Source: Vulcanimicrobiota bacterium (lineage in GTDB: Bacteria > Vulcanimicrobiota > Xenobia > Xenobiales > JADMJV01). Taken from it: DNA of 64,000 bases. The notes beneath the pieces were generated by a model. It was not told the origin of the DNA and made no database searches. It saw only the letters and a list, made by a program, of their open reading frames with translations. The number at the start of each line of letters is the position of its first letter. Position 1 is the stretch's first letter. The stretch is taken from assembly GCA_050250895.1 (NCBI GenBank), contig JBFWNU010000001.1, forward strand, positions 808,008 to 872,007, given 5' to 3'. Positions 57,587-64,000 of the stretch are shown piece after piece. Position numbers and translations under genes: made by a program.

Positions 57587-58440
57587 GAGCCTATGTGCCT
57601 GGATACGAAGTGGTCGCTCCCGAGGGTTTGAGCGAGGTATTGCAGTTGCTGGCCGACCAGCCGGGCATTTATCGGCCCCTGGCCGGCGGCACCGATGTCA
57701 TGGTGCTCTACAACGCAGGCAAGCTAAAGCACACGCGTTACGTGTCGATCGCCGGCCTCAAGGAACTGACCGGCATCGAGGTCGGCCCCGATTCGATCCG
57801 GATCGGAGCGCTGGCAACCTACACCGAGGTGCGTCATCATTCGGTGTTGCGAGAAGAGTTCCCGATGCTTAGCCAGGCGGCCGCCGAGAGCGGGGCTGTG
57901 GCCATTCAGAATCGCGGCACCATCGGGGGCAACATCGCCAACGCCTCGCCGGCGGCCGACACTCCACCGGCCTTGCTGGCTTATGATGCCGAGCTCGAAA
58001 TCGTCTCTAGCGCCGGCTCGCGCCGACTCGCCTATCGGGTCTTTCACACTGGCTACAAGCAGATGCAGCTCGAGCCTCATGAACTGATCGCGGCCGTCCA
58101 CCTGCAGCGCAAACCCGGACGCGGCCACTACTATCGCAAAGTCGGCACCCGCAAAGCCCAGGCCATCTCCAAGGTCTGCCTCGCCGCCAGCCACATCATC
58201 GGCAACGGCCAGGCGACGAATGTCGGTATCGCTATGGGAAGTGTGGCTCCCATCGTGTGTGTCTGCTCGCACACCATGGCTTTGCTCGAGGGCAAGCCTG
58301 TCGGTGCCGGCCTTGAAAACGAGATTCGCGAGGCGGTTCTTCGTGATATCTCGCCCATCGACGACATTCGCTCGACCCGCGACTACCGCCTGACGGTGGC
58401 CGCCAATCTAGCCGTTGACTACTGGAAGAGTCTATCGTGA
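57583..58440 (+). CDS. xanthine dehydrogenase family FAD subunit
   Basis: AGGTD, IQNRGTIGGNIANASPAAD and PIDDIRST..YR motifs. Confidence 0.93.
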   Translation: MRAYVPGYEVVAPEGLSEVLQLLADQPGIYRPLAGGTDVMVLYNAGKLKHTRYVSIAGLKELTGIEVGPDSIRIGALATYTEVRHHSVLREEFPMLSQAAAESGAVAIQNRGTIGGNIANASPAADTPPALLAYDAELEIVSSAGSRRLAYRVFHTGYKQMQLEPHELIAAVHLQRKPGRGHYYRKVGTRKAQAISKVCLAASHIIGNGQATNVGIAMGSVAPIVCVCSHTMALLEGKPVGAGLENEIREAVLRDISPIDDIRSTRDYRLTVAANLAVDYWKSLS

Positions 58441-59798
58441 AAGGGACCATTATGCAGCCGACTTTGCAGGCCGATCTTCTCGGCCCCATTCTCAGCAGCC
58501 TCGAGACCGCCAACCGGGCTTTTCTGGCCACCTATCCGGGCGATTCGGGCGACCGCCAACCAGTGCATACCGTCTATGGCGGGGCTCAGCTTTTCACCCA
58601 CGACACAGCCGTCAAACTGGGCGAAAAGGCTCGTGCGGCCATGGCCGAATTTGGAGCCGACCCGAGCGTGTTCGTGAGCGCCCTCGAGCCCCATGCTCCC
58701 ATGGACCACGAATTCGCCAAACGCTTACACGAGCGGGTCCAAGACAAGCTCGAAAAGGAGCCGGTAGAAGACTTTCGTATCGACTTTGAAGACGGCTACG
58801 GCAATCGTCCCGACGCCGAAGAAGACGGCCACGCCATCCAGGCCGCCCAGGAAGTCATCAAGGCTCATCGGGCCGGCACCCTGCCCCCCTTTATCGGCAT
58901 TCGCCTCAAGCCATTCAACGACGAACTCAAGGTCCGCAGCATCCGCACGCTCGACCTCTTCCTGAGCACTCTGGTGAAAGAAAGCGGCGGCGAGGTGCCC
59001 CAACCTTTCTACATCACCCTGCCCAAGGTCACGGTGCCCGAGCAGGCCCGCGCTCTGGCCGAGTTGCTCACCCACCTCGAGAAGGCCCTGGGCGTGCCCC
59101 CCAAGACCTTCGAGGTCGAGTTGATGATCGAAACCCCCCAATCAATCTTCAACCAGGATGGCGACGTGCCCCTGTTGCGTATGGTAGCGGCCACCCAGGG
59201 CCGCTGCCGGGGCGCTCACTTTGGCACCTACGACTACACCGCCTATTGCAAGATCACGGCCGCCTATCAAGACATGCTTCACCCAGCCTGCGACTTCGCC
59301 CGCGACGTGATGCAGGTAGCCCTGGCCGGGACCGGAGTCTGGATCTCGGACGGAGCCACCAACATTCTGCCGGTAGCCCCCCATCGAGGCGAGTTGACCC
59401 CGGCCCAAAAAGACGAGAACACGCTCGTGGTGCATGAGGCCTGGCGCCTGCACTATCAACACGTCCAGAGCTCTCTGCGCAAAGCTTACTACCAGGGTTG
59501 GGATCTCCATCCGGCTCAGCTGCCCACCCGCTATGCCGCCATCTATGGCTTTTTCCTCAGAGGTCTCGATGCGGCCGGCGAGCGCCTGCGAAACTTTGTC
59601 AGCAAAGCCGCCCAGGCCACGCTGGTGGGCGATGTCTTCGATGACGCCGCCACCGGCCAGGGGCTACTCAACTTCTTCCTCAAAGCCCTCAACTGTGGCG
59701 CCATTACCGAAGAGGAAGCCCTCGAGTGCACCAGTCTGACCCTCGACGAGCTGCACAGCCGGTCTTTCCTGAAGATCCTCGAAAATCGACGCGGGTGA
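58437..59798 (+). CDS. HpcH/HpaI aldolase / citrate lyase-beta / malate synthase-like TIM-barrel protein
   Basis: RQPVHTVYGG, RIDFEDGYG, MIET, HFGTYDY, SDGATN and QGWDLHPAQL motifs. Confidence 0.75.
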   Translation: MKGTIMQPTLQADLLGPILSSLETANRAFLATYPGDSGDRQPVHTVYGGAQLFTHDTAVKLGEKARAAMAEFGADPSVFVSALEPHAPMDHEFAKRLHERVQDKLEKEPVEDFRIDFEDGYGNRPDAEEDGHAIQAAQEVIKAHRAGTLPPFIGIRLKPFNDELKVRSIRTLDLFLSTLVKESGGEVPQPFYITLPKVTVPEQARALAELLTHLEKALGVPPKTFEVELMIETPQSIFNQDGDVPLLRMVAATQGRCRGAHFGTYDYTAYCKITAAYQDMLHPACDFARDVMQVALAGTGVWISDGATNILPVAPHRGELTPAQKDENTLVVHEAWRLHYQHVQSSLRKAYYQGWDLHPAQLPTRYAAIYGFFLRGLDAAGERLRNFVSKAAQATLVGDVFDDAATGQGLLNFFLKALNCGAITEEEALECTSLTLDELHSRSFLKILENRRG

Positions 59799-59899
59799 TC
59801 TCACAGCGCCGCCGGGGCTGGCCCGAGCCCCGCGCCCCAAAACAAGCTAAGAGCCCAAATTGAAGAGGGTATTGCTCTAAACTCAGCAAAGTCGCCGCT

Positions 59900-61774
59900 A
59901 TGCCTGAGCTTCTAAGCCTCATCTCACAGCGGGTCGCGGTCGTCGATGGCGCCATGGGTACCCGTCTTCAATCGCTCACCGGCAACGCCCACTCTTGTAT
60001 CGACGGCTTTAACCTCGACCCGACCTTTTCCGAGATCGTGCAACTGGTCCACCGTTCGTATATCGAGGCCGGTGCCGACATCATTTTCACCAACACCTAC
60101 GGAGCCAATGCCTTCAAGCTTCAGCGCTACGGACGCAAATCGCAGACCGTAGCCATCAACTTCGAGGGAGCCCGCCTGGCCCGCCGGGTGGCCGGTTCCG
60201 ACACCCTGGTCGGGGGCTCGGTGGGCCCGCTCGAGGTCTACGCCTTTCGAGACGAAGTTTCTGAAGAAGAGTTGACCCACGTCTTTAGCGAGCAGATCGG
60301 CGCCCTGGTCGAAGGCGGGGTCCACTTTCTGGCCCTCGAGACCTTTCAGGATCCGGTCGAGTCGACTTGCGCGCTGCGAGCCGCCTCAGAATTCGGCCTG
60401 CCCATCGTCTTTTCGATCGGTGGTGTCCACAACGGCCGCACCGGCACCGGCGCAGAAGCGCAAGATATCGCGCTGATCGCCGCCGACATGGGCGCAGCCG
60501 TGATCGGAGCCAACTGCCGAGGCCCCTTCGACATCCTCGAGACGGTGAGGCTGTTGGCCCAGGTGACCAGCCTGCCGCTTTTGGCCATGCCGAATGCGGG
60601 CTCGCCCGAGATCGATCGTGGCCGGGTTGCCTATCACGTCGAGCCCCAACAACTCCGTACTTACACCCGCCGCCTGGTGGAAGCGGGGGCGGTCATAGTG
60701 GGCGGTTGCTGCGGCACCGGCCCCGAGCACATCCGCGAAATGGCCGACGAAGCCTCCAAGCTCGCGCTACCCCCGGCCCGAGCCGTGTCCCGGGTGCGGG
60801 TGGTGGCCGCCTCGCCCAAAGCGGCCCATCGCAAGCAGCAGCAGACCAACCATGTGGCCCAGGTTTTCGACTCGGTAAAGACGATTGTCAGCGTCGAAAT
60901 GCGTCCGGTCCGGGCCGGCGCCTTCGAAGACTATCTCGAAGCGGGACGCTTGCTGGCTCGCGAGGGAGTCCACCTCTTCGACGTGCCCGACAACGCGGGA
61001 GCCAAAGTGACCCTCGACCCCATGGTGTCGGCCGCCCGGCTGCAGAGCGAGACCCGCATTCCGACCATCATGCACTTGTCCACCTCGCACCGCAATCTGA
61101 TCGCCACCCAGTCCTACCTGCTGGGCTGTTGGGAAAGCGGCCTTCAGGCCATTCTGGCGGTGACCGGCGACCATCCCAACGTGGGGGATCACGACAAATA
61201 CGCCAACCGGGTCAACGATGTCAAGAGTTCGGTCAACCTGATGAAACTAATCGGTGACCTCAATCAGGGCAAGCTCTTCAACGGCACTCCCTGTCTCGAG
61301 ACCGCCTTTCTAGCGGGGGGCGGTTTCAACCCGATGCGCAATCTGACGCCCCAGCTGAAATGGCTGAAGCGCAAACTCGACGCCGGAGCCCAATTCGTCT
61401 ACACCCAGCCACTTTACACCGAAGAAGACGTCGACCGCCTGCTCGAGGCCACCGAGGAGTTCAAAGTGCCGGTGCTGCTGGGAGTTCTCCCGCTCACCTC
61501 ACGCCGCAATGCCGAGTTCTTCGCGGCCGGCAAAATCCCCGGCATCATCGTGCCGCCCCATATCGTAGAAGCCTTCGAGAAGGTCGAAAAGCGAGAAGAC
61601 GGTATCCGGCTGGGCATGGACCTCGCGTGCGAATTCTTGACCCGTATCAAAGATCGCATCCGGGGGTGCTATATCATCCCGCCGTTTGCAGAGGAAAAAT
61701 ACAACCTGGTGGTCGACCTCCTGCGCCACACCGGAATGGTGGAAGCCCAGGAAGTCGCCGCCGAGACCAGATGA
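59900..61774 (+). CDS. yitJ: bifunctional homocysteine S-methyltransferase / methylenetetrahydrofolate reductase
   Basis: DGAMGT, GANC, PNAG and GGCCGTGPEHI in the HMT domain; VTGD and K..AGA.F..TQP in the MTHFR domain. Confidence 0.9.
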   Translation: MPELLSLISQRVAVVDGAMGTRLQSLTGNAHSCIDGFNLDPTFSEIVQLVHRSYIEAGADIIFTNTYGANAFKLQRYGRKSQTVAINFEGARLARRVAGSDTLVGGSVGPLEVYAFRDEVSEEELTHVFSEQIGALVEGGVHFLALETFQDPVESTCALRAASEFGLPIVFSIGGVHNGRTGTGAEAQDIALIAADMGAAVIGANCRGPFDILETVRLLAQVTSLPLLAMPNAGSPEIDRGRVAYHVEPQQLRTYTRRLVEAGAVIVGGCCGTGPEHIREMADEASKLALPPARAVSRVRVVAASPKAAHRKQQQTNHVAQVFDSVKTIVSVEMRPVRAGAFEDYLEAGRLLAREGVHLFDVPDNAGAKVTLDPMVSAARLQSETRIPTIMHLSTSHRNLIATQSYLLGCWESGLQAILAVTGDHPNVGDHDKYANRVNDVKSSVNLMKLIGDLNQGKLFNGTPCLETAFLAGGGFNPMRNLTPQLKWLKRKLDAGAQFVYTQPLYTEEDVDRLLEATEEFKVPVLLGVLPLTSRRNAEFFAAGKIPGIIVPPHIVEAFEKVEKREDGIRLGMDLACEFLTRIKDRIRGCYIIPPFAEEKYNLVVDLLRHTGMVEAQEVAAETR

Positions 61775-61784
61775 AGGAGAGCCG

Positions 61785-63167
61785 ATGACCACAAGTAGCG
61801 CCGAAGCCACTCTCCCCGCGTGGCTGCAAATGGGAGAAGTCCTGAGTGCCCAAGAATGCGAAGAGTCCTGCCAGCAGTGGCTGGAATTGACCGGGGCCCA
61901 CATCAACCGGCTGCTCGCCATCGGGCTCAAAGCCTCGGGCAACCCCTTCGTCGAATGGCGTTCGGAGGGCATCCACGTCTATCGGCCCACCGGTGAAGCC
62001 CTGTTTGACTGTCTGGGTGCCGGCGGCGTTTTCGGCCTCGGCTTTCGCCATCCCCAGGTGGTGGCGGCCGTCAAAGCCCAGCTAGACCGCTGCCCTTTGA
62101 GCACGCGCATGGGGGTGGTGCCGGCTCAGGCCGAGTTAGCCAAGAGGCTGTTAGCCCACGCCCCCGAGGGCATGACCAACGTCTTCTTCGGAAACAGCGG
62201 GACCGAGTCGGTTGAGGCCGCCATCAAACTGGCTCGCCTGGCCACGGGCCGCAGCGGTCTGGTCGGCACCCACCAGGGCTACCACGGTATGTCTACGGGA
62301 ACGATCTCGCTGAGCGGCCTGAGTATGTGGCGCGACGGCCTGGGCTCGCCCCTGGGGGACACTCGACTGGTGGCCCACGGCAAACTCGACGCCCTCGAGC
62401 GGACGCTGGACTCGACGGTGGCGGCGGTGGTCCTCGAACCCATCCAGTGGGCCTCGGGCTGCCGGGTGGCCCCGCCCGAATATTTCCAAGGTGTCCGCGA
62501 GCTATGCGATCAGCACGGGGCGCTTCTGATTCTCGATGAAGTCCAGACCGGACTGGGCCGAACCGGGACCTGGTATGCTTGCGAGCATTGGGGCGTGACC
62601 CCTGACATTCTGTGCGTTGGAAAGGTGCTTTCGGGTGGAGTGGTCCCCATCTCCGCCACTCTCTACAATAAACGAGTCTTCGCCAACGAAAAGAACCGGG
62701 CCCTGTTCAACAACTCGAGCTTCGGAGGCAACCCTCTGGCGTGCACGGCCGGCGTGGCCACGATGGATGTGCTCGAGAATGGCCTGCTGGAGCGTTCGCG
62801 GCAGCTGGGCCAGCAGCTCGAGACGGGCTATGACGAGCTCTGCAAAGAGTTCCCGCGCGTGGTCAAAGGCCAGCACGGCATCGGCTTGATGCGTTGCCTC
62901 GAGTTTGCTCACCCGGTCTACGGCTACGTATTCCAAGAAACCCTGCGCTCGGCCAAGTCGATTATCGTGGCGGCCATGGCCCACATCCCTCAATACGTCA
63001 GGGTTTCTCCACCCTTCATCTGCACCGACGAGGATATGGCCCACCTGATCAAGTGCACCCGAGAGGTGATTCAGGATCTGCATGAGCAAGGCTTTCAAAA
63101 AGTCCACCAGCAATTCGGCGAAATCGTGCAACGAGCTCAGGCCGAAATGGCGAAAGAGGCTAACTGA
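61785..63167 (+). CDS. class III PLP aminotransferase (putrescine/ornithine-type)
   Basis: NSGTESVEAAIKLAR, YHG, EPIQ, DEVQTGLGRTG and PDIL..GK.LSGG motifs; ATG 61785. Confidence 0.9.
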   Translation: MTTSSAEATLPAWLQMGEVLSAQECEESCQQWLELTGAHINRLLAIGLKASGNPFVEWRSEGIHVYRPTGEALFDCLGAGGVFGLGFRHPQVVAAVKAQLDRCPLSTRMGVVPAQAELAKRLLAHAPEGMTNVFFGNSGTESVEAAIKLARLATGRSGLVGTHQGYHGMSTGTISLSGLSMWRDGLGSPLGDTRLVAHGKLDALERTLDSTVAAVVLEPIQWASGCRVAPPEYFQGVRELCDQHGALLILDEVQTGLGRTGTWYACEHWGVTPDILCVGKVLSGGVVPISATLYNKRVFANEKNRALFNNSSFGGNPLACTAGVATMDVLENGLLERSRQLGQQLETGYDELCKEFPRVVKGQHGIGLMRCLEFAHPVYGYVFQETLRSAKSIIVAAMAHIPQYVRVSPPFICTDEDMAHLIKCTREVIQDLHEQGFQKVHQQFGEIVQRAQAEMAKEAN

Positions 63168-63463
63168 TGGAGAGTCGTATCGGACTATCACCAGAAGAAC
63201 TGATCACCATCTTCAATCGAATGTATCTCGAGGTGTGGGCCAAGACCCGGGAAAAGGTCGACTGGGAATCGGCCAAGATCTCCAAGCAGCTCGCTGAAGG
63301 CAAAGAGGTCGATATCGCAAGCCTTCTGGTAGAACTGATGGAGGTGGTCATCACCGCCGCCCGCGACGGGACGATCCTGGCCATCTATGAAAACAACGAG
63401 AAGGTTGTCGAAGACCTGCGCCAGGCCGGCATCGAGCTTCCTCAGCGAGAACTTACCAATTGA
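63167..63463 (+). CDS. hypothetical helical protein (98 aa)
   Basis: TGATG coupling to the aminotransferase; coding-like codon use. Confidence 0.7.
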   Translation: MESRIGLSPEELITIFNRMYLEVWAKTREKVDWESAKISKQLAEGKEVDIASLLVELMEVVITAARDGTILAIYENNEKVVEDLRQAGIELPQRELTN

Positions 63464-63638
63464 CCTAGACAACCGGATCTTTTGCGGTAAGATATGGATG
63501 TGAAGGCCTATCCCATAAATGTTTTGGAAACCAAATACCTTTACAAAAAATTAACAAATCATGTCTTTCAATTTGAAAGAGTGGATGGGATAATAGCCCC
63601 AACAGATAAAAGGCTGGTTTGAAGGAGGAGTTTATACA

Positions 63639-63902
63639 ATGGGACAAGCAGGAGTTGGCGGCGGACAGTTTAACCAGGCGAGTCAGGCAGCCCTATTGCA
63701 GATGCAGGCGACCGACCTGCAGCAGGCACAGACGATCTACACCCAGGTCGCGGCTGACGCTCAGAAGCAGCAGACTCAGCGCTGGAAGATCATGACCGAC
63801 ACCCAGACCAAGATTTTCGAAATCACTCAGGATGTCACTACCAACAAAGCGAAGGCCGCCGACAAAGCGTTCAACGCGATGGACCAGTACATCCGCAGCT
63901 AA
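63639..63902 (+). CDS. small Gln/Ala/Thr-rich helical protein
   Basis: AAGGAGGAG RBS, AT-rich upstream promoter region and own terminator; 87 aa. Confidence 0.85.
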   Translation: MGQAGVGGGQFNQASQAALLQMQATDLQQAQTIYTQVAADAQKQQTQRWKIMTDTQTKIFEITQDVTTNKAKAADKAFNAMDQYIRS

Positions 63903-63923
63903 GAGTCAAAGACTCTAACCCGG

Positions 63924-63954
63924 AAGCGGCCCCAAACGGGGTCGTTTTTATTTT
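63924..63954 (+). terminator. intrinsic terminator
   Basis: AAGCGGCCCC-AAAC-GGGGTCGTTT-TTATTTT. Confidence 0.8.
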
Positions 63955-64000
63955 CTGCGCGCTTTGCAGAGAGTTTACAAAAGGGGCAAACCGCTTTCTT

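Noticed and set aside
59799-59899. SAM riboswitch upstream of yitJ
   Set aside because: The gap is about 100 bp with no S-box core recognisable; only a GC hairpin that may end the XDH operon.

Overview
GC-rich bacterial chromosomal window with about 60 CDS. I found no tRNA, rRNA, CRISPR array or intact mobile element. The gene style (tandem-PilZ proteins, a GspG-like pilin domain, many leaderless genes) suggests Ca. Eremiobacterota/Vulcanimicrobiota, which is inference only. Housekeeping and metabolic content: leucine-catabolism carboxylase/HMG-CoA lyase operon, groESL, rpmB, lhr-nei, moaA, sorAB, a xanthine-dehydrogenase-family cluster, yitJ, a citrate synthase pair, sodC, a serpin and a GH13. 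The most notable locus is about 8.3-16.7 kb. It holds a coupled operon (M14 hydrolase, His-kinase with a degenerate ATPase domain, Ser/Thr kinase-periplasmic binding protein, REC-degenerate HD-GYP-TPR-SARP/BTAD regulator). The operon is flanked by four promoters of identical geometry, TCAAGG-N5-TCAAGR-N9-TAnnnT, the classic SARP layout with a variant repeat. They drive an NDH-2-like flavoprotein, a predicted 56-nt sRNA and two small membrane-hairpin proteins with similar disordered N-termini. Other oddities: an internally deleted VapC toxin, a pseudo-S41 protease, a probable CTG start for lhr, a PNP with altered specificity residues, and a needle/filament-like small protein. Start codons were re-called by eye where the ORF track over-extends. 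No database searches were run.
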